In this document: positions 16,547 to 40,449 of the stretch, piece by piece
How positions within the stretch are numbered: position 1 is the stretch's first letter
Layout of the letters: each line of letters starts with the position of its first letter
Assembly: GCF_009834535.1 (NCBI RefSeq)
Contig: NC_045704.1
Coordinates: 13,578,001-13,642,000, forward strand
Length of the DNA stretch: 64,000 nt
From: Camelus ferus
Lineage: Eukaryota
Reading direction: 5' to 3'
Position numbers and translations under genes: made by a program
Notes under the pieces: generated by a model
Databases searched by the model: none
What the model was told of the DNA's origin: nothing
Seen by the model: the letters and a program-made list of their open reading frames with translations, nothing else

Positions 16547-16814
16547 GGCCGCCCCCACCCCCACCCCCATCAGGCGGAGCTTTCCTCCACCTCGCTCAGA
16601 CTTGCGCCCTGCCGCCGTCTTCCCTCCCCGCCCTGTGGTCCACGGGCTGGCCAGCTGGGTGCCCCAGGGACGTGATGATGCAGATAAATACATTTATATT
16701 TTTAAGAAAAAGCGAGCCTCCCCCCTCCCTCACGGGGGCGGGGAGGGTCCTCTGTGTGTGCCCCGGGCACGTCGGGGACCACATCCTCCCACCGCCTCCG
16801 TTAACACGATCCTG

Positions 16815-16820
16815 AATAAA
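16815..16820 (+). terminator. DBP polyadenylation signal (AATAAA)
   Basis: AATAAA about 270 nt after the DBP stop codon. Confidence 0.8.
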
Positions 16821-17034
16821 TCTTGAGAACCCCGGAGCCAGCTGTCTTGGGGGAGGAGGCAGCGCCCTGGCCCCAGTTCAAGGCCAGCGGGTCACACTGG
16901 CCCCAGTCCACGGGTAGGCCTGGGCTTGGGTCCATAAAAGGCAGGAGCTGCTGGAAGTGCCCAGAATCCGATCCCTCCCACGGGCTGCCGGATGGAGGAA
17001 GGGGCGAGGGCCTGAGAGGAATGAAGCGACTGCC

Positions 17035-17040
17035 TTTATT
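17035..17040 (-). terminator. SPHK2 polyadenylation signal (AATAAA)
   Basis: TTTATT on the + strand about 570 nt beyond the SPHK2 stop codon, convergent with DBP. Confidence 0.75.
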
Positions 17041-17606
17041 GCATAGACCTTTTCAATTGCTTTGAAGATTGGGGCCAGGGGACGCACGGGAGACAGAAGA
17101 CAGGAGAAACGAACTTCCCCGCCCCCACCTGCGGGGAGAGGAACATTAGTGCAAATCGGAGTGCCGGCCCCGGGGAACCTGCCCCTCCTGGGCTGATTGG
17201 CCAGCTTAGTGGAGGCACCGGAGTGGACAGGGTGAGACCCGGGCCCTGACTGGCCAATTACCTAAGGCCTCCCCAGCCCGTACATTCCAGGTCGCGTCAC
17301 TGGACGACGTGTAAGGCTCCGCCCTCAGCCGACCTGGCCTCTTACAGGCCGGGGGTGAGGGTCTGGAGTGAGCCCCGCCCTAGTTGATCAGGCACTACCC
17401 TTGGGGAGAGCCCATTCCTCCGTGACCATGAGGACCCCCACCCCTTGGAATTCAGGACACCCTCCAGCATCACCTCTGGTCCCCTAGGGGAGGGCGCAAT
17501 CCTGAGAACGGTTCAGGACCGGTGTGCCCTCTGCCCTACCTCTAGCAGCCACGCCACGCCCCCTCGCTCAGGCCCCGCCCCCGGCGGGCTCGAAACAAGA
17601 TTGGGT

Positions 17607-20600
17607 TCACGGCTCCCGCCTAGGGCAGCCTGCGGGACCAGTGAGCAGTGTACCGAGGCTCGGATGCACTTGCGCCTGCAACGGCCCATACTCCACCTGC
17701 TCCCCGTCCACCGTGAGCACGCCGCGGGGCGTGAGCGGCTCAAGGCGGAAGGCACGAGCCGCGGCGTAGCCCAGCTGGGGACAGCCCAGGCTGAAGTGGC
17801 TCCCACGCTCCATGGCCAGAAAAAGGCGCAGCAGAGCCGCCCGAGAGATGCCACTGCGGACCCAGAACAGGTGCACAAGGCCGTCGTCAAAGCGCGCATG
17901 GGGGGCTGCCAGCAGGTCAGCCCCTAGGTGGCTAGGTGAGATGGCTAATATAAGCACAAAGTCCCCCTCCAGTGTTACCCAGCCTGGGGGTAGTGGAGTG
18001 CCCAGAGGAGGGAGAAGGTGGTCAGGTGGGCCCCCAGGAGAGGCAGCTATTGAGACATCAGTGGTAGGAGGCGGGAACCCAGAGGATGCTGGTACTTCCG
18101 GGGCCCCCTCAGTGATGGGTGAGAGTAGAGCTGCCTTGGGGGAGTGGGGGGGGAGAGAGCAGCAGTGGGTCCGGGGACAGTGGAGCATCCCCAGCCCCAC
18201 CCCAGTCCCCGGCCAGCTCTGGGCCCCCACCATTGAGAGACAGGATGGGCAGGGGTTCAGGTGAGCCAGGGGAGGTCAGGGCAGGCTGGGGCAGAGGCAG
18301 GGGCAGGTCAGACACTGAGCGATGTAGGGGTGAGTGGGCCACAGGTGGGGCTGGGGCTGGGGCTAGGGTCAGCTCTGACTTGGCACGTGGCAGGCCATGG
18401 GCAGATGTGGGCGAGACAGGTTCCACAGTGGCAGGGAGGTAGGAGAGGCGTCCACGGTAAGTGTGCAGTGTGGCGAGGCCCAGGACCGTGCCCAGTGTGA
18501 AGCGGGCACTGCCCAGGGCCCTGAAGCGCTCGCTCTGGATGTCCACATCTGACACAAAGCCCCAGGCCACAGACAGGAAGGAGAAACAGCGGGAGCCAGA
18601 GGCCAGCGTCACCGAGAGCAGGTCCAGTGGGCAGCCACCACCCCGGCAGAGCAACAGGGAGCAGTTGAGCAGCAGGTCAACGCCCAGGGCTGGCTCAAAC
18701 CTTCACAATCAGACATGGAGGGACACAGTGGGAAAGAGGAAACAGGCTGGCTGAGACACAGCACGAAGCAGGAAGGAAAAACACACAGGGCAGCAGACAT
18801 TGGGGGAAACCAGGCAGGCCACGTCCTGGGCCTGCCCACAGCCATTTGGCCACCTCCAGATGGACTCCTTACTGGGCCAGGATTCCTGTCAGGTTTTTCA
18901 TTCCATAAGCATCCACAGAGTGCCTCCTGTGTGCCAGACACAGTTCTAGGCACTAGGGATACAGCTGGGAACATGACAGGCAAAAACATCCAGGAAGGGT
19001 GTGGGGAGCATGCTGCAGTCAGACTGATCAACGTGACTGACAGTGGGACTCTTTGGGCTGATGGGAAGGTGTGGGGCAGCTGTTGCCAGGCCCATCACCC
19101 CAGGAGGGCTCCTCCCACCTACCCCCCATGCTGGTTCACAGCTCCTGCCAGCGCGTTGCCAGAGCCGCAAGGGAGGATGCCCACGGGTGTCTTCACAGCT
19201 TCTTCCCAATCCGGGCGATCCAGGAGTCCATTCAGCACCTGAAGGGCAGGAGACCAGACACCAGGCGTTGGTCCTGGCCTCCGCAGTCCCCCAGGGCTCA
19301 GGCTTCGGGTGGGGCACTCATGCCCTACCTCGTGCAGCAGCCCATCTCCTGAGACCGTGACGATGCCATCCCACTCGCTCAGGTTCAGCCCCTGGACCAG
19401 CTCCCGGGCGTGGTTCTGTCGTTCTAATGTGGGGAACCAGGCAGTGAGGCCCGCTGTCCCACCCCCACCCATCACCACTCCCCAGGACTCAAGAGTCCTA
19501 GCCCCCAGCTCCCACCTCCATCCTGACCCTGCCCTTACCTGTCTGGATCAGGTTGAAGGACAGCCCAGCTTCAGAGATCATGGGCAGCACATGGTTCTTA
19601 CACCACTGCCAGGCCAGGCCCCGCCCCCCAAAGGGATTGACCAATAGGAGCAATCGGGGCGGCCTTGGCAGAAGCTCAGGGGTGATTTCTGCAGAGAGAG
19701 GGGAAGGAGTCTACACAGGTCAGGGACCCAGGCCCCTCACATCAGAAACAATAACTTCAAATAGCCTCCAGTGGAACTGGTGGAGGGCCGGCATTGGAGC
19801 CTGGCGGTAATTAAAAGTTTTTTTCTTCTCCCCAGCCTCACCTGCTCAGGCCAGGTAAACAGCCCCGCCCCACCTCCCAGATGCTGAGACAAAGGCAGGG
19901 CTTGGGTGTCTAATCCCAGTGCCCGTTGGACCCATGTGTGGGAGATGGAAGGAGAGCTGTGGTTTCCACTTTCCTCAACCCCAAACACCTGGAACCCGGG
20001 ATCAGGTTACTCCACTATGCAAGGCCCTCTCACTGTCACCACCCCTTTAGGGCCCCTAGACAGCCGGCAGGATCCTGGAGGACCAAGAAAAGGCCAACAG
20101 ATGGGGACCCTTGAACCTTTACCTTTCTGGGCCAACTGAGTACCCTGGGGGTGGAGAGGGGGGACAGGGCTCTGCCCAGAAGCCTTCTCTGACCCCCCAC
20201 AGCTGGGTCAGATGCCATCTCTGGGCTCGAGATGCCCTAGGGGACCTCCGTGAGTGCCTGTCACCATGGGTGGTGACTGAGCACGTCTCAGTCTGCTGCT
20301 CTCACCAGCCCGGGAGCCTCTGACTCATCTGGGGTCAGGACCCATGGAATGGGGGAGGGGGCAGAGATGGAAATTCAGTGAGAGAGCCGCAGACACAAAT
20401 CATAGCTCTCTGCCTGGGATAGCGTTCCTTCTGTAGCTCACCCCTGTCTGTGTATCGCTCTTTCAGTACGAACCCAGAGACACATCACACAGACAGACAC
20501 ACAGAAAAGTAGAGACAGAGATGCCCACAGAGGGAGATCCGCAGAGACATCGAGGGAGCCTGAGGACAGAGAGGCTGCCCAGTGCCTCACCCCCGTCCCC

Positions 20601-20990
20601 AGGCAGTGGCAGTCCACGCAGCAGACACATGAGGGCTGTGGCCCAGCGCTGGGCCTCGGTGCGGTTCTCCTCATAGGTGGCTGCCCCGTCGGCCCGGAAG
20701 GTGCGTGTGGCTCTGCGCCGGCCCCCGCGCCGGCCCCTGGGGTAGGTGTAGATGCAGAAGTAGGCTGCTGAGTCCGAGGGGCTTCGGCTCCGCAGGGTGC
20801 AGCAGCCTGAGACCTCAGTCAGCAGGACCAGGCCACCCCGGGGCCGGGCTTCAGGCTTTGGGCGCAGCCGCTGGATGTGCAGGGCTTGTGGTGTGAGAGT
20901 GAGAGCGAAGCGTGGGCCACGGGCTGGGTAGGAGCCAAACTCGCCATGCAGGAGTGGGGTGCTGGCGGCCAGTGGTGGTGGGGGGGCCAT
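17607..20990 (-). CDS. SPHK2: Sphingosine kinase 2 (MAPPPP-initiated form, 617 aa once one extra base in the last exon is removed)
   Basis: complement join(20591-20990,19539-19688,19329-19423,19123-19238,17607-18700); exon 3 acceptor at 21059. Motifs LLLVNPFGGRG, IVTVSGDGLLHEV, LPCGSGNALA, SVAWGFVSDVDIQSE and LTVDGE. The last exon is split across two frames at the G run 18146-18153. Confidence 0.95.
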
Positions 20991-22579
20991 GGCCTCTGCC
21001 CTGTCCAGGGCACTCCTAGGCCTGTGTCCCCAGCTCCAGGTCAGCTCCTGGTCTGGCCTCTGTGGGGAGGAAGGAGGGTGGGAGTCAGAGTCCAGGACCC
21101 CCACAGTGGGCAGAGGGAAGCAGGGGCAGTGCCTGTGGATAGGAGGAGACAACCAAGAGTGCTGACAGGCAAGATGGCGCACCAGAGACAGGCCCCGACA
21201 AATGTGGGAAGACTCTGAGGAGCCAGGGCAGAGGTCAGCTGGACAGGAGGCCCATATCCTGGAGGGTCCACACCCAGGCATGCAAACATTCATTCATTTC
21301 CCAAATAATTATTCAGTACTTTCTCTGTGCCAATCATAGTGCAGGGCCCAGCAAACACAGAAATGAATGAAACAGACAAAAATCCCTGCCTTTGTGGAGT
21401 TTATATTCTAATCAGAAGACAGGAAAGCAAGATAAAGAAATCAAATAAGAATCATGTTGGGTGATAAAGGCTTCGGGGAAAAATTATGCAGAGGAAAGAG
21501 ATCAGGATGGTGGAGATACATGAATAGACATGCAGAGACAGAGAAAAACACAACACATACCCACAGAGTCATCACTAGATAGTGAAAGTAACAAGAGACA
21601 CTCAGACACAAAGAAAAAGAGGGGTAAGGTCTGAGAGCCAGGAAAACACTGAGAGGAGACAGATAGCTTCAGTGAGATGAAACCTAGTACGATAAAAGAT
21701 ACTTAGAGAGCTGAGTGAGAGTTTAGGGGCTCTAGGGGGCCCTCTGAGGGTAAGAAAGACAACAGACTTAGAAAGGAGGGAAAGAGCAGACAGGAAAGGC
21801 AGGAGGTAAGGGATGTAGTAGCTGGAGAGACTGAGAAAGGGGTGTGACTTGGAGGGACTAAGGGGTCAGCGAGGTAAAGGAGCCACATGCAGACACCTGC
21901 AAGGGACAGAGGCCAAGAGCTGGGCCTGAAGCACTGACCTGGGCGTCTGGCCGCCTGCTCTCCAGGGAGAGAGTGGGAGCTGGGCCTGAGGTCCCTTCCC
22001 CCTGCCCTCTGCCCAGTTTCTGCCTCCTCCTTCCAGCTCACCTTTGTTCCCCACTGCCCCACCCACCCAGCCACTTATCAGTCCTGCCTCTGGCCTTCCC
22101 CAGGCTCAGAACTGCTCCAGACACACCCCCATCTGTGGACTCACTCTCAGGAGCTACCTTTGCCTCCTACCCTTAGAAGGTCCTCAGGCCCCACCCCCAC
22201 CTCAAAACAGTCTTAGGCACAGAGCCCTAGATCTCCCTCAGCCCTGGGCCTGAGCCTCCATCCCTAGGTCCCCAGGTCTCTGGCTTGGTCTCCATTCTCC
22301 CCACCCTCCAGGTACCCCGCACCAGGGCCTGGGTCTCCATCCATAGGTCCCTCTAATCCTAAGCCTGCGTCTCTGTCTCCGGTTCCCCTGGTCCGGGCCT
22401 CCATCCCCACCCCATTTCCAGAACCCAGTTCCAGACCTGGGTTTTCATTACCGGATCCCTCAGTCCTGGTTCTGGTTCTCCATCTCCATCCCACACCCCT
22501 GATACCCCAATCCTGGGCCTGCGTATCCGTTCCTCTTGGTCCCTCAGTCCTCCAGACTCGGGTCCCTGCCCCGACCCCC

Positions 22580-22830
22580 GGACCCTTCTCACACGCCAGG
22601 TCCTCCAAGCGGCCCCCTCAAATCAGCACCAACCGCCCCCATCAGACCTAGGGGTGGGGGGAGGGTGTGCATCCCCTCAGCCAATGGTGGCGCAGCCGGC
22701 CTGAACCGCACCAATAAGGACGCGCAGGGGCTGGGCCATCCGACTCGCGAGCCTGGCGCAGGGGCCTGCCGCCGGAGAACTGGGCGGGGTATCGCGCTTC
22801 GCGAGATCAGCCGCCATTCTAGGTGAGGGC
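22580..22830 (-). promoter_or_regulatory. CpG-island internal (alternative) promoter of SPHK2
   Basis: CpG-dense. CCAAT at 22681 and 22711, GC box GGGCGGGG near 22782, TCGCGA/TCGCG motifs at 22743-22751, 22790-22796 and 22798-22806. Candidate minus-strand donor GTGAGA at 22592. Confidence 0.55.
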
Positions 22831-23845
22831 ACAAGCGCAGCAGAGGCGGCTTCACGGCCGTACAGCCAGCGATCCTGTCGCCATTTTTATTAAGGGCAAG
22901 TGGGCCCGCCCATTCTTTGACTTTATGAAAGATAAGGGATATCGGAAAGGACATCTTTAGCTGCAGGTAGAGAAGGACTCTAACACAGGTAACAAAGATC
23001 CAGAGATATGCAAAAAGAGTAAAAGAGAAGCAGAGTCAGAGGCAATAAGAGACTTGGAAACAGTGTTGTCTCTTTTTCAGATAGTTACAGAGAGTCAGAG
23101 AGGCAGATAGAAAGAAAAGCAGGGATAAAGACAGTAGAATTAAGAGTATGCAAGGTCAGGACACAAGAAAACCCTGAAAATGACGGACACACAGAGAGAT
23201 GGGGGCAGACACTTTTGGAATGAAAACCAGGGAGGAAAGGCTCATTAATTCATAAACTGTACTTGGGCCCAAACCAGAGTGGGGGCAGCATGACACAAAT
23301 AACTGCCCAGTGAGTGACCCAATTACATGGCAAGACAGAGACACAGGAGAGAGACCTCTAGATCAGGGGTGAGGGAGGGAGAGAATGTAGAAGGCCCATA
23401 GGCTGCAAGGAACTTAAACCAAAAGACTGAAAGCAAAGATGCTGACAGAGACAGAGAGAGCAAAGACATGGTGAAACTGAAAGAAATCAAGGCAAGAATA
23501 TCAGGTGACCTAGAAACAGACAGAACTGTGGAGAGAAAGACACATGCTGAAGGAGATAGGGACTGAGCTTGCTAGAAATAAATGGAGGAAGAAGTTCATT
23601 TACTGTCAAACAATGTACCTAGTGTTCAACCCAGAGTAGCAACAGCACCAGATAATATGTGCCAAAGAATGTCCCAGAGAAAGAGAGGGACAGAAACCAG
23701 TTAAGATGGAGAGATAGGAAAACACAGTGTGTGAGCTCAGGGCTCCAGGGGAAAGAAAGACAGAGACCAAGGAATAGGGGGACAAGGAGGAGGAGGAAAT
23801 TGTGTCCCATGGTATGGTGATCATGACTTTCAGATGGACCCTTAC

Positions 23846-23884
23846 CTGGTCCTGCTGCTCCTTGGATTCAAGGTGTCCATTTAT
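23846..23884 (-). other. SPHK2: SPHK2 upstream exon segment homologous to the long-isoform N-terminus, with ATA in place of the start ATG
   Basis: ATA AAT GGA CAC CTT GAA TCC AAG GAG CAG CAG GAC CAG|GTAAGG = INGHLESKEQQDQ, against recalled human MNGHLEAEEQQDQ. Splices in phase 0 to 21059 (RPDQELT...). Confidence 0.85.
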
Positions 23885-24899
23885 CTCCCAGCCCACTGCT
23901 GTGTTACCACATCAGTGAGATTCTGGTCCTGGGTCAGAGGCCATGGGAGGGTGCTTTGGGCAAGGAACTAGGCCTCATGGCTTGTCCTGTGGCTCTGTGG
24001 AGGAGAGGTGAGTAACTAGGAACATCAAGGGCAGAGTACAGGAGGTCAAGCTAGAAATGCTGGAGGCCCAAGGGGCAGGGCCTTTACAAGGAAGGAGAAA
24101 AAAGTGTACAAGTCAGCTTTGTCATTGCCCCAACCAGTCCATCTGGTCCCACCCAATAAGGTCCCATCCAATAATTTTAAACTGAGCACTTATTCTGTAA
24201 AAAGCACTGTCCTGAGCATTTTAATTAAGTTACGTAATACTAGAAAACACTCTTTGTGCCAGGCCTCTTATCCCCTTTTTGGAGATAAGGAAAGTAAGGC
24301 ACAGAGAAGTTACAAGACTTGCCCAAGATCACAAAGAGGTTGATTTGCCCAATATCACACCATGAGTAAGTAGCAGAGCCAGGATTTGCATTTGGTTACA
24401 AATGGCATCACCATTCTCAAGAGTTTTCTACTCATCCCCTCTCTCCACCCCGTCCTCCAAGCCCGGAACCTCAGCTTGCCTCCTCTGCGCTCCAGTAAAA
24501 TGCACATCCCTCTCACCGAACCCGCTGGGCCACCTGAATCTCTCTGGCTGGGAAAAGCAGCCTCCGGGTGACAGAGGCTGAGGAGGGGTCAGGGAAGGGC
24601 CATCTGGAGTCAAAGGGAGAAGCTGAACCTAAAAGGTGGAAATGCAGGATGCCACAGGCTGGGCTGCAGCAATAAGAGCTCAGGTTAGATCTCAAGTAAG
24701 ATTTCCTGAGCTGCTGCCGCGCCTGGAAAGCTCAGCAAGAGATAAAGCAGAGGTGAGCCTGATAAGGAAACGCCCAAAGCATGCAATCAGAGATTTCCCA
24801 AGGCCCCGACTAGCTGAGCCAGCCCTCTCTGGGTCGTCCAGGAGCCACAGAGAAGCCGTCGGCGTCGGGCCAGAGCGTCACCGCCCAACCTGTCTTCCT

Positions 24900-25225
24900 A
24901 GCGCCGCGAGACATCTCTCTGGCTCCCAGAGCCCTTTCTTCCGGAAGACTATGGAGAACAAGGACTGGTATGACCAGAGAGGCTTCCGAAGTGCTGGCCC
25001 TTCCCTCCTTGGGATGGCGTTTGTTCAGCTTTAGATGTTCTTCCATCCAATTCCGGAATCGCCCCTCTAGCCGGTCCTCCGATGCACCATGGAGAGGCAC
25101 GAGTCGCGGTAGAGATTGCCGTCGCGCCCATGTGACGTCACGTAGGCGCCACTCACTGAAGGCTTTCCCCGCCCACCCGGGCTCCGCTCTTTCTTTCCGG
25201 AGCTGGCTAAGGAGTAGGCGCCATC

Positions 25226-25228
<3 letters not shown>
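24900..25228. promoter_or_regulatory. Shared head-to-head SPHK2/RPL18 CpG promoter with CRE, ETS sites and the RPL18 5'TOP tract
   Basis: TGACGTCA at 25133-25140. TTCCGG/CCGGAA ETS cores near 24940, 25051 and 25195. Pyrimidine tract CTCTTTCTTTCC at 25187-25198, just upstream of the RPL18 ATG. Confidence 0.8.
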
Positions 25229-29837
<4,609 letters not shown>

Positions 29838-29856
29838 CCCCAGATCTTGCCTTGTT

Positions 29857-29862
29857 ATTAAA
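29857..29862 (+). terminator. RPL18 polyadenylation signal (ATTAAA)
   Basis: ATTAAA 19 nt after the stop codon. Confidence 0.75.
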
Positions 29863-31676
29863 AATTGATTTTGGATGCTGATGGCCCTTTGTGTGTTCTT
29901 GGGGAAGGTTGGGGCCAGGGGGAGAGAAAGGATTGGAGCCTGCTAGTGAAAAAGTCTTTGTTTGGGCAATTGGATGCTGCACCTATATTGGTGGAGACCA
30001 GCCTCAGGGATGGAGCCCCTTCAGCGGTGCTGGGGCCGAGTCAGTGGATCCCAGGCGCCTGCCTGCCTGTTTCCCACACCAAGCCTGCCGGCGCCCTCTG
30101 GTGGAGTCAGTGTGTCTGGACCTAGCTGCAGCTGCACCTGTTGGGACCTCGCAGCTCCCCCCCCCCATAAGGCCAAATCCCCACCCAAGAGCCAGGTGTT
30201 AGTGCACCTGCCTCCTCTCAGGATTAGTCATGCCGACTCTTAAAGCACCCTTGCTGTCCTCCCGGATGGGGTTGGGCGGGGCGTGGACAGGGAAGTATGG
30301 ATGGGGTAGGCCCCTGTGGGAGGGTGTGCGTGGGAACAGGCAAGGTCCTCCCCTACCCCGAAGCCCGAGTGGCCAGCTGCTGTCCCCCAGGTGAGCAACC
30401 TGTTGAATGTGTTCTTGGGCTGGGACCTTCCCTTACACTCGTGTGGCTCCCCAGACCTCCGGGGACTTGGGTCGGCCCTCCCCCTGTGTTTGCTCAAGGG
30501 GTTGGGTTTCCCAGATCCCAGGCAGAAACCTGATGAATAAGGCAGGACAGCCGGAAGAACCGCAGAAACACAAGCAGGAAGTCTCCAGCTCCCTGATCTG
30601 ACTCTGAGAAGGCAAGAGGAGGGGAAAGGGATGGAGACCTGGATGTGCTGGGGAAGCTGAGGGGGACGGGAGGGAGAGGAGACGGCCTGGCTTTTCCTCT
30701 CCTTTCTCTTTGCAGGGTTGGACACTGGTCTGGAGGAAAGGAGCTCCCTGGGTGCTGGGGTTGGAAGGAGGCGCTGCTGGTTTGCAGGGGTACAAGGTCC
30801 ACAGACCAGAGGTTGGGTCAGGAGCCTCAAGGGGGCAACTTGGAAAGGGGACCAGAAGGGATGCGGAGTGGTCCTTGGCCAGGAATAAATGGGTGGTCTG
30901 ATAACAGGAGAGAATGGGATTAAGGTAGCAGTCCCGACTGTAGGACAGACGGAGACGACTGGTGGCCCGGGAGACAGGCAGGGGCAGTAGCCTGAGGAAC
31001 AGTGGCTAGTTAGTCGTGTCCTCAATGTAGATGGGCCGGTTCCATCGTAATGAAACCCCCTCCGAGGACATCCACCACTGGGGCAGCCCGAGTGGGTGTG
31101 AAGGTCTGGGGAGCAGAGTCCTCAACCCAGAGGAGACTGACCTAGTTCCCCAGCTGGGGAGGGGTGATGCCAAGACAGGGCTGGAGTGTGTTCTTCCACG
31201 GCTGAGAGAGGAGATCCAGAGAGGGCTTCCAGGATGGTCAGCCAGTGAGAGCTGGTGAGCCAGGTCGGTCGTCGGGAGAAACAGATTTGAACGGAGCCAG
31301 CTGGGAGCTCCTCCCAGCAGTCAGATACTGAGCTTGTCAGTTGGAAGCAATTAGTGTCTTCTAGACGAAGAAACATCCAGAGAGGGTTAGTCTGATGTGC
31401 CGTTGGCCAGGGGCAAACAGGCAGCCCGCCCTGCCTTTAATCAGGGACAGAGACGAGCAGACAGCCTGTGACCTGGAGATGGCAGTGGGGTCAGCCTGAG
31501 CCAGCTGCAGGGTCAGTTGGGGCATTGTAGAGCCAGTGGGCTAGAGTTGGAGGTCGTGTCGTGTAGCAGAGATGGGCAGCTAGTTGGAGACGGTGTCAGA
31601 TGGTCAGCCTGACCCTCAGAGGCTGGCAGGACGCTCAGATGGCTGGTGGTCTGTTGGTCTGAACCCCAGATGGTAA

Positions 31677-39471
<7,795 letters not shown>

Positions 39472-40067
39472 CAGAAGCCAAAGCCAAATGGGACTGGCCT
39501 GTCTCAGGATATTTGGACAACTGTCACTTGAAGCCCCTAGCCTTGCTATCATGCCTTGGACAAGGCTTCTGGCCTCAGTGTCCGGGAAGTGGAAAGGGGT
39601 TTTATTTTTGTTTTTGTTTTTTTTCACTTGTTCTAGACCGTGGGCAAGCCCCAGTGCCCACTCTAGACCTCAGTGTCACAGCCTAGAAAATGGGCAGAAA
39701 GTCTCCTCTGGCTGGGAGCTAGAACAGCACACATCCTTTTCCGGCTGGATCAGAACTTCTCTGAGGACAGGCCTGGCTGAGTGGCTCCCAGGCTGGAATT
39801 GTGTGGGGTGAAGATGGGGAGTCCCTGAGACAAAGGGGAAACTTCTGCACCCACCGTGCTCAGGAGCTGAGGATAAACTGAGCTTGGCCGGGGAGAGGAG
39901 AGAGCCCCATCCAGGGAGCCGCGCTGAATCGGGAGGGACTGGAAATCGGTGAGGACACACCTGCTGGGGAACAGGCCAAGGCCGTGGAGAGGGACCCAGC
40001 AGGAGCTGGGACTGTTTTGTGGGCACCAGCGGGTGAATTGTTGGGGCTGCCTTTTACCTCTGCCTAG

Positions 40068-40073
40068 AATAAA
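40068..40073 (+). terminator. FAM83E polyadenylation signal (AATAAA)
   Basis: AATAAA about 600 nt after the FAM83E stop codon. Confidence 0.65.
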
Positions 40074-40442
40074 GCTGCTTCATGCCAGAAACTTGCATTT
40101 CCACAGCCTAGTGGGAGGCCCAGGAGTCCAGGTCCCCAGCCCCCTCCTCCCCCAAGGATCCAGGAGTCGCGGCCGCAGCACCCTCACCCTGGGGGAGTCG
40201 GGTGCCCAGCGCTGGCCTCTCTGCCCTACCTTTGCCTCTGGGCGAGACTTCTGAGTCACAGACTCCACCAGCGTGCCAGGTGGGTTAGAGGACCTCGTCC
40301 TCCCCAGGCCTCGGGTGGCCCCCAAGGGGTCCTCGCCAGAACCTCCGCGGTCCGCAGCGGCGCCCCGCCCGCCCTCGCGCGCCCCCTGCCGCCGGGACGC
40401 CACCTCCACAGCGCATCGTTGAGCCCGGGCAGGAGGGATGTG

Positions 40443-40448
40443 TTTATT
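40443..40448 (-). terminator. SULT2B1 polyadenylation signal, 1 nt after the stop codon
   Basis: Minus strand reads CCC TAA A AATAAA. Confidence 0.75.
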
Positions 40449-40449
40449 T

